Assembly (NCBI GenBank): GCA_002633005.1
Contig: NMRA01000131.1
Span: forward strand, 359,798 to 423,797
From: Phoronis australis
Taxonomy: Eukaryota > Animalia > Phoronida
DNA: 64,000 nt
Direction of reading: 5' to 3'
Below, piece by piece: positions 1-12,663 of this stretch; positions within the stretch are counted from its first letter, which is position 1, and each line of letters starts with the position of its first letter. Under the pieces are notes generated by a model. The model was not told where the DNA came from. It did no database searches and worked only from the letters and a program-made list of their open reading frames with translations. Made by a program: the position numbers and the translations under genes.

Positions 1-814
1 GTGAAACAATAAATCGATTTTATATGCAATGGTCACATGTTAGGAGATTCTTTATTTACAAAATAAGAGATATACAAATACATAATTCAAATTATTGTTA
101 ATGTACAACCTTCAGCCTGACGGTTCTGTGGTAGGGGGACCTGACTTAGCGGCCCCCGACAAGTAAGTAGATTTTCAGTTTCGTGGCTAATTGACCTAAA
201 TAATTATGTGCACAATATTTTTTAGCTCACTATTATAGTGTTTTCGTGACTTAAGCTGGTTTATGTTCGTGATGTCCAGTCCCGGCGGCCCTGATCTAGT
301 GGTTCCGAGCCACTGGCGGGGAGTAACGAGAGTTTTGTGTGTTTAGAACTGAAAAAATTGCAAGTCTAAAAGTACAACACACAGCTATGTTCCCCCGTCT
401 GCATTTCACGGAAGAATGAAATTTATCACCAAACAGGCCCAAACTCCCGCGATCCACGTTAAATTGGCCTACCGAACTCTGTAGGACTACGGTACGTTCA
501 AATACCTATAAATCCGTAACAGTGAAATAAAGCAACACGTGTGTTCAAGAACTCAGTGTATTTGTAAGGGATTTACATCGGATTTTGATGATTTATTGGT
601 GTTAAACGATGAATTCAAACGAGAAGTTGACGCCAGTAAGCGTGTTGGGAACGGCTGAATAGACTGCGTTCGAACCGATTACGTCACTGCGTTTCCCGTT
701 AGGTGTCAGGTAAAACGACTGAACTTGCTGTTATTGAGTGGAACTACTCAATCTAAATTGATACAAAATAGATTGTTTTTTGGGTGGCATTCTTCTTTAA
801 GTTTTAATATTACA

Positions 815-1135
815 ACTTCAAAGACCATTTATTAGATTCTAACTTAAATATTGTTACGAAAGCTGAATGCAATTTGCAATTGTTAAGTTTAAAATAAAAC
901 TATTAACAAAAAGTAACTGAGTTTACTTTACATTCCGCAACCGTGTTTTTACAAAAGCGGCGTTAAGTGGTTGAAAGTTTTAAACACGTCAACATTTTAG
1001 GCAAAATATCGCTTTTAAGATTCATGTGAGAGAAAGCAAATCAAATTTTGTCAAAATCCCTATGGATTTTGACGAAATTTCCAATAGGTTTTGCCCATGT
1101 TATAAACCTTAGACGAGTGTAGGATTCTCTGTTTA
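815..1135 (+). repeat. Interspersed repeat; second copy at about 15190-15440
   Basis: Shared TTACGAAAGCTG.ATGCAATTT, GTTTACTTTACATT.CGCAA.CGTGTTTTTACAAAAG and GTGGTTGAAAGTTT. Confidence 0.8.
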
Positions 1136-2020
1136 CGTCTTCATAAAATAATTGCATATTGCTTCGTCATAGAACCTGGTAGGCTTTCGTTTAACGAGAA
1201 TCCAAAGCCTTTCGTGTGAAAAAATTATTGGCTGCACATTACTTGGGGCTATATGAGCGTTCGGCACCGTCTCCTTCTCTGATATCCATTGACAACAAGT
1301 TGAACAGGCATGACGTCGTGATTCTTATTACGTTCTGGACAGTGTGCGTAATTCTAGCGGATTTCCGTAAGAACAACCTACGTTAATTTCTCTGTGATTC
1401 ATGAGACTAATCTGACATCAGAAATATATGATACTTTAAACCTCACTGATAAATGCCCTGTAGCTATTCTGTAGCTATTCACAGAGATGAGATGCGTCAT
1501 CACTGGGAGGAGAAATTATTGTTCATTTAAACACGTTAGTTGCGACTCCCTAGCACAAATCAATGTAAGTGCATCATGAGCTATATTCATGGACTGGGTT
1601 GTTTCACACTTAGTCTATGCATTAGAAGCCTACTCGACAACCTTTTGCCGTCTGACAACCAAGAGTCCAGCGGGACGACGTCAGTTCAGTTTTTGTGGCC
1701 AGGAAGCGTGCCCCTTCCTTTACGCAAGGTTGTAGTCTAACTTTGGATTCACTTTCATTGTATATTCCATTTCTTGAAAATACGAAATCTTTCTATACTA
1801 TGTAACCATATACACTCCTCTGTCGTCAATGACGCAACAGTCTATACGACCTAGGTTCTTTTTCCTGTAGCTTAGGGTACCTACAAACTTGCATCCTTCA
1901 GTGCACCAGATAATAAACCCAATCTGTATAGTGATGCCATGTAGATGTACGTCAGTAAGTGGGAACCCGTCGTGTTATGGCGGATAAGTAAACGCTTATC
2001 TTAACATGGATTCAACTTAC

Positions 2021-2221
2021 ATATGTCCTGCGTGTAGTTATAGTACTCATCGTGGCTCGTGAAGTTGTAATCTGGACTTCGTAGGCATTTACTGCTTAGT
2101 GTTCCCATGTAAAGCTGGAGGCCAACCAAGGCAAATATGGAGAGAATGAAGATTGTAAGAATCATTACATCGCGGAGTCGAATGACTGCTTGCATCAATG
2201 CTCCGACGATGGTTTTCAACC
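2021..2221 (-). CDS. Gene A coding exon 7, DI S4-S5 linker and S5 ([46 protein letters not shown]...)
   Basis: ORF track 2001..2219; acceptor ctattccag|, donor T|GTAAGT. Confidence 0.95.
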
Positions 2222-4102
2222 CTGGAATAGAGCGGAAGCAATGACGCCAATTGTAGCATTAATGTACAAGCTAAAGCCAAACTGGAGAGAATCTGCGATG
2301 TTAAAGAACAATTTGTATATTTATATTGAATTATCAACGAGTAAGTCGTAAAAAGTCAACCCTCTTTCCAAAATCAAAGTCGTAATATTTTTGGTCAAAT
2401 TTAAAAAACCGGTATATCTAATTCAAGAAACTGTATTTGAATTTGCTGCGACTTTGATGCCAGTGACCTAGCAATTTGCCTTTATTGTTTGTATTTGAGA
2501 ATCAAATGAATGGAACTTTAATGATTTTGTGAAATTATACAGAACCTACGAGTAACTTTTACAAAAATATAATCGAACATGACCAATTCTGTAGCCACCA
2601 GTGCCACATTGCTTATATTCCTCAAGGGGAGACAACCCTCATTGTCTACCCTAATCAACTATCTAACTAGCAGCTTGGACCTCGCTGCGTGAATCTGGAA
2701 GAGATGCCCACGAGAAGCTTCCGCAGGCCCCTGACAAAAATGATTTCAAAAAGCTTAGGATTGATCCTATTCAACTTTAAGTGGCCAATGTAACAGCCTT
2801 TCTTACAACCCAATTCAACAGAAGGAGTATGCTATTACGAACAATACAGGTCGTGTCTGTCACCATGCTACCTTCCAATTGAAGGAAATGAGAATGTTTA
2901 ACAAGGACAATCCCAAGTCAGGATATACCACCATTGGGGATGTTAATGATGTCCTGTCCACATGTCATTGAGAGAGTTGTCCAAGATGGCGACTATCGTA
3001 ACATTAACTACAGTCGCCAGATATTCAGGATTAATGCACCAGGTCAATCTTATGCCAATTACAGACTTTGGATATAAAATTGACAATCCTTTTAACGGAC
3101 TGGTTAAAACAAAACATCCTGTCCTTTTCATTCTCAATTTCCATTGCCACCAAGAGGTTCATCGATAATGGAAGACTGCCTAATAGACGTTTGAGTAAAA
3201 CTGCAAACTTGCTCTGGAGCACGATGGTTCAAGGACATTATGGTTGTAACTTCAATTTTCAAAGCACATTCAACTACAGTTGCTTCAGTTTCCAAGGCCA
3301 GGCAATTACGTGTATCAGTACAACAGATCTGTAGTGTTAATAGGACCATTTCTAGGTACCCAAAGCGCGTGTGAGACGATAATGAGTACATCCCGGCACG
3401 CAGCAACAGCGTGGTATGTTGACTGACTTTTAAACAAAAGCAAACGACGGCCTAACTTATCTCACAGTCCGACTATATGAAAAGAAATTGGAGCGAAATT
3501 TTTGCCTCCCGAAACGTCACTTCCGGAGTAGACGACGAGTAATTAATTAAATTACGAAAAGCAGTGAATAAGTGAAAAATATGTCTGGGATAATCAACGA
3601 ACCTTTTTTTTGCTAAAAATGACATGAAAAAAGGTTGCCTTCGCCTTTAAAAGTTCTCCTCTGAGGTGTTTCATATCTGCGCATGTACGACCTTCAGTCA
3701 TATGACCAATCGTTTTTCATTTTGAAGGCTACTACAATACGCGAGTGGTTCCGGATGTCGAACAAGACTTACGAAAAACAGAAAAGCAAGTTGTTAAAAT
3801 GAAATTTGAGTAAAGCTTGGCTTACGTGAAACAAACAATACCGGTAATTGAAGTTAATATTAATAACTTAAATCAAAGTAATCACAATAAACAAAAATGT
3901 ACTGAATAACAGAAATTCAGACACTCACAAACAAGGGAGAAACACATGTGCTATTGTAGTTATCGCATGTGCCAATATGCGAAAAATATGACAAAACGTT
4001 TTTAACAAAGCCTACATACGCACACATATACGGTTATTCTCTATTATATACATTGTCAGAATAATTTTCATTTCTTAGATGTGTCACGTCAAATATTCAT
4101 AC

Positions 4103-4224
4103 CCGGTACGGTGGCGACGGTTTTTAATGCCCTGAGAACTCGGAACGTTCGGAGTATTGTGAACTTCTGTCCAAAATCTCCAAAGTCTTGTATAATATTT
4201 GGTAGAATAACGTCAGTGGCGTAT
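4103..4224 (-). CDS. Gene A coding exon 6, DI S3-S4 (YATDVILPNIIQDFGDFGQKFTILRTFRVLRALKTVATVPG)
   Basis: Acceptor cttatttcag|, donor CGG|GTATGA; S4 voltage sensor LRTFRVLRALKT; phases 2/1 fit both neighbours. Confidence 0.95.
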
Positions 4225-4395
4225 CTGAAATAAGAATAATCTTATTTGTATGTGTTATAAAGGGAGGAAATAGTAAATAAATATAATGTACTCTAGCCAA
4301 CCACCTTCACAGAATTCGTCACCTCTGCAACATCATGGGTAACATTCAATCCTTTGAACATCGGGGAGAGCAAGAAAATTACTCATCTACTTTAA

Positions 4396-6722
4396 GGTTA
4401 TGTCCAACCTTATTTAGTGGCCTCCATTCTAACTCGTATATTAAAAAATTAAGCTTTGTCAACTGGTAAAAGTATATATTTTCTGAAACAACAAAGACCA
4501 GGAAATATAAATATACTTTTTATTTATGCGCTATTATTATTTTTACGTAAAAACTTTATTAAGTCAAAATTTCTTTTTTAAGAAAGGTACATTTATAGCA
4601 AAATAACCCCTCGGTCGATTTTAATGAAAACTTTACCAGTTACCTCAAAAATGCTATTAGGAATTTTCGATTAGTCAGTTCGTTTGGTTTCTATGACAAA
4701 TCAACTCGCAATACGTAAGGTATTTTTGTAAAAAATTGAAGTCGTATTAGTCTTTTGAGATTGGTGACTAAATATTAAGTTTGGGAAGTTTCAGCGAATT
4801 CCATTTAGCCGTTTTCGAGAACTGGTGTTCCTAAGTTCAAATAAAGTCGATTTTCGAAAGCCAATTTAACTAGGACAAGTGAAAATCTCAAAGTCTACCG
4901 GTTAATTATTCGGTGAAAACTTGTTTTAGGTACACATAACATATATACAATCCTTAACTATGTTAGCTATTTCAACGTTCACTCACAATGTCAACTGATT
5001 TTGCAGTGCCTAACTAACTTGATTATCATTAAAACCTCAAATAGACGTATCGTTCCCAGCCAACTTTTACTGTTGTTTAGGCCCTACTTTCTAAGTAGAT
5101 CACAGTTCATAGCGTGTACACGTCACGTGCTGGGAGAATGATAGCAAACCAAATAAGAAATGGATACTAAAAATCGAATCGGTGGTTAAAGTATGTCGTT
5201 AGCACGGGATCGAAACATCGAAATGTCAACTTATTAATTGAATGACCACAGAGGCCTGAGGCGACTCGAGTAGCATTCGTTTTCAACGCCAAGGGTCGTA
5301 TGCATATAGACACACAACTCCCTTAGGATAAAAACTACGTTTTGTCTTGGTTTTCCCCGGTGCCATTCTATCATAAGTACACCTCGGTGGCTCAATTATA
5401 TGGCGATTTTGTGAATGAAAGGACTGAGGGTATACCAAGCTGTTCTGTACCTGGCGGGAGATTCGATTTAATTGAAAGCCCTTTGAAGTTTCGGAAGTAC
5501 TGGAAGCCTATTTTTTTTCGTCGTAATCGGATCCAAGATCGCGGCCGTGGCGGCCATTTTGTTTTCATTTTAAGATTCAAAGGCCTCTGAAGGCTACAAT
5601 TTTTACGTTTAGAGCTGAAAATCGGCAATGGACCGGATGTGCTCTAGATGAATACCGGAAATTGTTCACTTCCGATCAAAGATGGCGGAAATATTGGCAC
5701 TCGCGCATGCGCACCTCGATTTCGGGGAAAAAGTTTTCTCCTGTAGAGGGCGCATTACAGGGCCAATTCCTTTGAATTTTTCAGATATTAGTTTTTTATG
5801 ACATGCTATTATATAATGCCAGAAAAATTGAAGTTACTTTCAAGATGGCGGATCTGGCGCATGTTGACCCATTTTCAGTCGTGGTGAGGTGCCATTAAAA
5901 CGGGAAGAGTAAATGACGTGAATTTTTGCATGTGGATTTTCCGAGGTATATTCTTCCAAATAAATTGTACAATTTTTTCTCAGACTTACCGTTTTTAATT
6001 TATTTGACTTTAAATTTCTTTAAAAAACGCGAAATTTCATTTTTTCGAAAAATTCACGGAATTGTGTGATACTATCAATTTAGATAGAGTTTTAAACGTG
6101 CTTTCAGAAGATGTTTTTCATTTTTCGCTAGGACGTCTACTTTTTGAGTTATTTGAGATTTTTTGATAACGCTGTTCCTTTGTTGAGCGCTCTTGCAGCA
6201 TTGATGTTGGTTTGTCTTCTATTGAGCTAGACTGTAGCCCATGTCTTATTGATTTATGATATCTAAGTTCGTCATATGAATGTTATGATGTTTTTCATCA
6301 TCTCCACCATCGTCATCATATTTGTCATCTTCGTCATCATCTCCGACGTCGTCTTTTCTTCAGTTAATTTCGCCAAGTGTCGCTCAAGACAGTAGCCTAT
6401 TTCGTAGTGATTTCTGACCTCTACGTTCGTCATTTGAATGATATCATACATGTAACTTGCATTGTGCATCATCGCCACCATCGTCGTCATAGCTGTCTTC
6501 TTCGTCATCATCTCTGTCGTCGTCTTTTCTGGTCATCTCTAACGTGGTTTTTTTGATTAGTTTCGCCAAGTTTCGCTCCTCGGGGCGCTTTCATTTTTTT
6601 CTCTCTACGCGGTATATATTTTGTATTTGAAGTTCCCCGAGAATGAAGATAAGGTATTTTGCTAGACACAAGTGAAATATTGTAAAAATGGCCAATTTTT
6701 GTGAATAAGGTTGGAGATAACC
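4396..6722. mobile_element. Non-autonomous DNA transposon with TTAA TSD (Kolobok-like)
   Basis: TTAA|GGTTATGTCCAACCTTATT ... AATAAGGTTGGAGATAACC|TTAA: 19-bp TIR with 1 mismatch. GG termini plus TTAA fit Kolobok rather than piggyBac. No transposase ORF seen. Confidence 0.8.
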
Positions 6723-7361
6723 TTAACAGTGCCTTACTGCAGCGGGTTATGTAGATCAATCGCACAAATATTCAGTTTCATATTTTTACAGGCAGATTGA
6801 TAACGAATAATGTATTTCTGCTAAAATGTTTTCGACGAAAGCTAAACCGATCAAACAGCGTATCTCCTCATATGTTACGATACAGGATGGGAGTATTCTT
6901 AAGAAACAGGAGCGCCTAAGGTTTCTTAAACGAGTACCTGCCTGCGCTTTAAGTAAACGTACTTATTCAGAATTGGTTATTCTACGTACCGAAATTGTCA
7001 TTCAACTTGTTCCTCCTAAAGACAATAGCGTCTTCATTATCATGTTCGCTTGATAGAAATAGGCAACAATCTCGCTTAGACAGCACGATTACGCTTACTG
7101 ACGTACGCGTAGCCGTACACCCCGAACAAAGAAACTGATCTTTCCTATCCGTAGAATAACCGATGCCGAGCATTGATTAAGCACGTTTTAATGTGCAGAA
7201 AGGCGCTATTTGGCTCTATTCTCAAGCATGCCCAAAACATGCGTGTAATTCACAAGTCACCCTTGTCAGCTGAAAATGTTTCAAAGAATAAAATTATACC
7301 ATTTTTATTTTGTAAAGCAAGATGCAGCTGCCTCGAAATAAACGCATTCTTAAATACTCAC

Positions 7362-7490
7362 GCTATACAAACAACAAAGAAATCTAGCCAATTCCACGGG
7401 TCTCGTAAATAGGTGAACGGTGCTAGAACAAAGCCTCTTGCTAGGATTTTCACTATCGCCTCTGCTGTGTAAACGGCCAAGAACACATAC
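7362..7490 (-). CDS. Gene A coding exon 5, DI S2-S3 ([43 protein letters not shown])
   Basis: Acceptor attacag|, donor GC|GTGAGT; 129 nt; [10 protein letters not shown] motif. Confidence 0.95.
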
Positions 7491-8733
7491 CTGTAATAGC
7501 CTTCTACGTAAGTGTAACATTAACACTAACGGTAACTACCGCGTAACACTTTACATGAGTGTAATAGTTAATGCGACTATAAACCCACAGTAGAGAAGTG
7601 GCCTGTGGGTTTGCCACGAACTGGCCCTTCGTTATTCCTTGAGACCATGCTCGGCGCATAAAATGACACGCCGCGGTGACAAGCCATTTTATTGAGCCTG
7701 GTTTCAAGCAATAATGAACTGTCAATTCTTTCAAAACATTTCCAGTTTAGCTAAGTAATAGTTTGAGACCAATTTGATAACAAATGGTCCAAATCAAAAG
7801 TTGCTCGTTTGTGTTGAAGAGTGGGTTTATTGCCGCTCTTCGTGTAACTGCGACTATGGTGTAACAATGCACACAAGTACTGCAATCTAGTAATAGATTA
7901 CATACATGTATGTGTAAAGGTGACTACCGTGTAGGTCCTTACAGACTATTATTGTTCACACACAAGACATTTACATGCTTTGAACAATTCAAGGCCCGCG
8001 GTCTAATCTTTGACATCGAATACAAACTCAAGACAAGTGTCGCTCGAGTACATTATGATGACCGTGTCATTAATGAGCCCATAAGTCAGAGTCTGTGCTA
8101 GAAGTTTCGATTTTTACTCGAAATCTCGAATTTTAACTTGAGGTAGAAGCATGAATCTAGGGGTCATAAAATGCGAACTTCGACAAAATAAACTCATTTT
8201 CGTGAACCATAATGTACCCTAACATAGAATTATGAAAATCTATCTGGAGTTTGTATTAAACCAGCACGGAAAATGTTGAAAATAATTTCGATTTCGAAGA
8301 CAAAGATAAGTCCTCAGACCCTAAAATTTTTCATGCAGTGCAATAAACTCCACTAGATGGCGGCTCATTTGCTTTGTAAAACTTTTTTGCTATATGATGG
8401 ATATTCATTAAAGGTCACCATTTGATTTTAGGCATTTTTCCATCAGATGCTCAATGATGTTTAAATTGGAACAATTGTTACAGTTGCTGTATTGACTTTG
8501 TCGAGATGGTCGAGCCGGCGGCATACTATTTGCGCTGCCACACCAAAGTCGTTCCCAGAATGACGTCCGTCTTAATGTCTTTGTGAAAAGGGATGCGGGC
8601 GGTCGGCCGAAAATGGGTGGTTCTCCCCAAAACCAAGATTGCACAACATTTGGTGGATTACCATTTGTTTTCTTTTCCATTTAGTTCTGAGAGCTACCGT
8701 GGTGTGACAGAGTCCAAAGACACAGAAACTTAC

Positions 8734-8817
8734 TCTACTTCCTTTCCGTATTCAAATGTGTCGGTCATAAAAATACAATTAATAAGGATTGTTAGCATCA
8801 CTACGAAACTAAATACT
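8734..8817 (-). CDS. Gene A coding exon 4, DI S1 (VFSFVVMLTILINCIFMTDTFEYGKEVE)
   Basis: Follows the AC acceptor; TILxNCIFMT S1 motif; donor GA|GTAAGT, phase 2. Confidence 0.92.
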
Positions 8818-8884
8818 GTGTAGAGAGTTAAGGAATGTTTTGTTTGCCCATTTTCAAGTTTGTGTGCCCCCACCTGGTATTGAA

Positions 8885-9160
8885 CTATTACTTCATAAGC
8901 CAACATCATCGTATATCATATTGTATTACTGATATCCGGTTACATAATCTCCAGTACGTGTATTTTCAGGCAAAAAGCATGGCATTTTCTTGTAATAGCC
9001 GGGCATCGTGCCAAATGACTAAATCTGCTTTTGATGACTGGGCTTCATTTCTTCTAATTCCCTTTCTCGTAAATTGCTTCTTTTCCGAAATATTTTTAGC
9101 GGACTCACCAAATGACGTCGATTTCTGCGACATGCTGTTTGGCAGTTCTTTGTGAGACAA
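8885..9160 (+). repeat. Old interspersed repeat; second copy at about 19360-19640
   Basis: Shared TTACTTCATAAGCCAAC, TTACTGATATC and TGCTTTTGA.GACTGGG.TTCATTTCTTCT. Confidence 0.7.
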
Positions 9161-10628
9161 CTCCGCGTGGGCAAACTGCTTTCGCCACACGGCGTGCATT
9201 CAGTTACGCTAGGACCTACGCTAGGACCTTGCTAAAATCTACCCAAAGTCACGTGTTCTCGTTTAAAATAGACTGGAATATCTCAGGTAATCTCGCGAAG
9301 TCTTGCTTCTTAGCGAGGTTCTACCGTTACTGAACTAGAGGTTGGTGCATGACTCTCATAGGCATTGTGCTGATTGTTGTTATTATGCTCTTTAGTAATG
9401 GAGGTAAAGTATGGGTTCAGTACACAAGGTAATAGTCTGATATAACAACAGTACTAAGAGTAAAGTGCTGCTCTCGATCGACTTCACTGATTCCGTCGAG
9501 TCCGCCAATCGAGGACATCTCATTGGTTTGTAAACCGGAAGACGTTGTCGAAAACCAATCAGATGTCTTAGCCGGCTGACCCGGCGGAACCGACGTAGTT
9601 TTCAAGGGTACCCTGTGTCTACCCGCAAACGAGATGGCACGTTTTAGATGAGTCACCGAAACAAGCATATTATTGTTTAATTTTTGTATAGCAACCAATC
9701 AGCAATTTCGGACGTTTGGTCGTAAGAATCGTATTAATCATAAAAACTTGAAAGGTGCATTGTCTATTGTTTCATGGATTGGCTGTCTCAAGCGAAGTCG
9801 TGGTTACAGTATTATTTTTATTACCTTATGAATGTTTACGACTACCTGAAAATCTAAAATCTCCATTTCTAACAACTGCTTATACATTAGTTTTGGTAAA
9901 TAATCCACGCTTTTAAAATATTCCTGGTAACCCATTGTGATAGCTGCAGTGCATAGGAAGTTCTAAACAATTGGTTCACCGTCATCTCCTCAATGGACAG
10001 TGTCGGGATTTCGCAAGAGCATGGCAATTGATTATCATTAGCTGTAGAGTTCCGCAAGGCTCTGTCATTAGGCCTGTTTTGTTTTACTTTGATAGGCCTG
10101 CATCCCAACTCGATGTCTATAGAGTGTAACTGCGTTAAACAAATTTGTCACAGGCGCTTATAAGATACTAAGAAGTCTTTTTGTTCCGATATGCGAATGT
10201 CCAAGAGGCAAACAGGGAAGTGCAGCAGAATATCGATGAAGTTGAACTAAGAGAAGACAGAGTTACTGGAATTATATGGCCATACCACCTGCCGCGGTCC
10301 TCACCCGCGCATTTAATATAGATGGCGCTTCGATAGCTCTAAAAGCATGTGGCATCAGCCAAGGAAATGTCGTTGGCTAACATCATGCATTGTCTGTATG
10401 CGGTTCTGCAGTATACCGCAATGTTCCTATCTAAGAAATGCTGTCCCGCAAAGTCTGACCCTTTATCAGCTCTAGTCGTTGAGTTTACTTTCCAATTTCT
10501 ATTGTTCACTCAAAAATGTTTGAAATACATGGGTAAACTAGAGCATCTTAATCCTGCACTGAAAAAGACTGGAAGACATTAATTGTCTTCTTGGGAAAGG
10601 GACAGCGTCTCCACTGACTACAACATAT

Positions 10629-10629
<1 letters not shown>

Positions 10630-10716
<87 letters not shown>

Positions 10717-10762
10717 GATGGGGATGGGGATGGGGATGGGGATGGGGATGGGGATGGGGATG
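10630..10762. repeat. Compound microsatellite (GAT)n then (GGGGAT)n
   Basis: Directly visible; lies inside the U12 intron about 70 nt from its donor. Confidence 0.97.
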
Positions 10763-10830
10763 AGGATATGCCGATAGCTAAGTAACCACATTGTATTTGA
10801 CCTCAATAGTCTATGCAGCAAAAAGGATAT

Positions 10831-10949
10831 GGATGAGTGTTCGTAAATAACGCCAGGCGTCGCAACCTGCTGTATGGTGATAGACACCCCAGTGCCTGTG
10901 TAGCTGTAAACCGGCATATTGTGCTGTCTCTCCCAACAACACAAAACAC
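10831..10949 (-). CDS. Gene A coding exon 3 (VFCVVGRDSTICRFTATQALGCLSPYSRLRRLALFTNTHP)
   Basis: Acceptor ttttgtag|; 119 nt; ends at the U12 donor CC|ATATCCTTT; matches the Nav F.V....I.RF.AT.AL..L.P....RR.A....HP segment. Confidence 0.92.
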
Positions 10950-12507
10950 CTACAAAATGATGAGATTAATGTTAGAAAAATGCTGTCCTGTTTTACTGGA
11001 TGTAAAACTATGTGTTTTCTTCTCACGGATGCCAAAAAGCGGCTAAGCACTTACTACCTAGTCATGGCCTCAGTACTGTCCATGCCTTAAGACGGCTAAT
11101 AGACACATGAGCTACTCAATACTAGCTTACTATTTTCAGCTGTAATCGGTAACGACTTGTCTGCTCTTCGTCCAGAAACTTTTAATTTGTGTGCAAATTG
11201 CAAGATGGGGCTAATTTTTGCAGTAATAAGTAACACGATTCAAAGCTAGAATTGGCCGCGACATCCAAAATTGCCGAAGGTGTGTACTGTAGTTTTTTTT
11301 TCTTAATCCTCTCCTTTATGCGTTTTGAGCATTCCTGTTGCTTTAAACATTGGTGGAAATCGCTGATTTCTGGACTTGTCGATCCAAAAATTCTAATTGA
11401 TAGTTACAGTAGAGGTATTACAGAACTTTATAAAACTGTCTACACGGATTTGAAGCACCAATTAACCAACAAATGTTTTCCTGCACTTTAAAGGGAATGT
11501 TTTCTCTGTTTGTAACGCCTCACATGCTAAAGGCTATTCTTTAGTTCACATCATTATAATGGAAATGACTCCCTTGAGAAAATCGGTTCTTGTGAGTGGA
11601 TTAGCACTAAAAGTAAATTTTCCCACCAGACTGAAGTCAATTCACTAACTGCAACTAGAAAATGAATTGGGAGAAATGCAATAGCTCACTAACAGTGCAA
11701 GTTCTCGCAATCTCCTTCCTGTGCTAATACCACGACTCGGGCTTTTATAGCTCCACCAAGAATGAAAATTAGGTCAGGTGGTCAGGTTTCATGGCAAGTC
11801 TGCCGTGGAATAAATGTGGAGCGATTGTCACGAATGGTATTCAGTACTTCTTTTAAGTTGTTTTTATTAAAAATTAGAAATTTGGCCTCGGTGCTCTGTT
11901 CTATCCGGAAGCGTGCGTCCAGCCACTTTCAGGGGTCTTACTTGTTTAGCGCAAATATTTTCGTGCAAATACACTAAATATTCAGACGAATGGAAACTGG
12001 AAAAAATCCGGCTGGTAAATGACATACTTTAATCTGTATTTCTGAAATCTGCCATGCAAAAGCATTACGATTCTTGTCTCCGCTCTAGGACGGGTACAGT
12101 CATGGAGATTAGTGACTCTGGGGAGAAAGAGGTGAAAATCGTGCTGGCCATTTTTCGACATCTCATTTTTTCCGATGGACGTGTTAAAGTAAAAAGACAT
12201 TATTTAGTTAAATTTCTTTTTCCTTGAGGAGCCCCACCGAGTGTGCGTTCTGCAAGTTATGTACTTTTTCAGGTGTCGTGTTGAACCAGACTAGCGATTA
12301 CGTTGAGATCAGTCACTCGCACTGGTGGTCTTAGGCCATAGACTATCTTATCGCCATTTCACCAGACATGTCATGGTTTATGGTACTAACTTTTTTGACA
12401 TGGGTGGTACTTTTACCACATTTTATTTTCAACCTGGGATAAACGTCGATTCATTACATACATAACATATTTTGTACTAACTCAAACGAATGCACCAAGT
12501 AATTTAC

Positions 12508-12663
12508 CTCTTTGTTGTAGTAGAATGGGTCTAAGTCTTCAATTGGAACGCCCGCCATCTCGGGGAAAAATTCACTCTTCAGCCGCGGAGGCAACTTTTC
12601 TCCTGCCGCTAGGTGGGGGTCAGGCTTAGATGACGTCTTCTGACTTCGAACATTGTCCTCTTT
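12508..12663 (-). CDS. Gene A coding exon 2 (KEDNVRSQ...KPDPHLAAGEKLPPRLKSEFFPEMAGVPIEDLDPFYYNKE)
   Basis: Acceptor ttcttgtcag|, donor GAG|GTAAAT; 156 nt, phase 0/0; Nav N-terminal motif PDPxLxxGxxLP...PIEDLDPFY. Confidence 0.92.

Larger units (their letters stand above)
8818..10830 (-). other. U12-type (minor spliceosome) AT-AC intron of gene A
   Basis: 5' splice site ATATCCTTT at 10830; branch site TTCCTTAAC at 8835-8827; terminal AC at 8819-8818. The join CC|A keeps the frame (HP|VFSF). Same position as the known U12 intron 2 of SCN genes. Confidence 0.93.

Noticed and set aside
2580-3330. CpG-poor segment resembling an old retroelement
   Set aside because: No diagnostic RT or endonuclease motif could be read.
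10583-10944. Poly-Met / poly-Ile ORFs
   Set aside because: Translation artefacts of the (GAT)n/(GGGGAT)n microsatellite.
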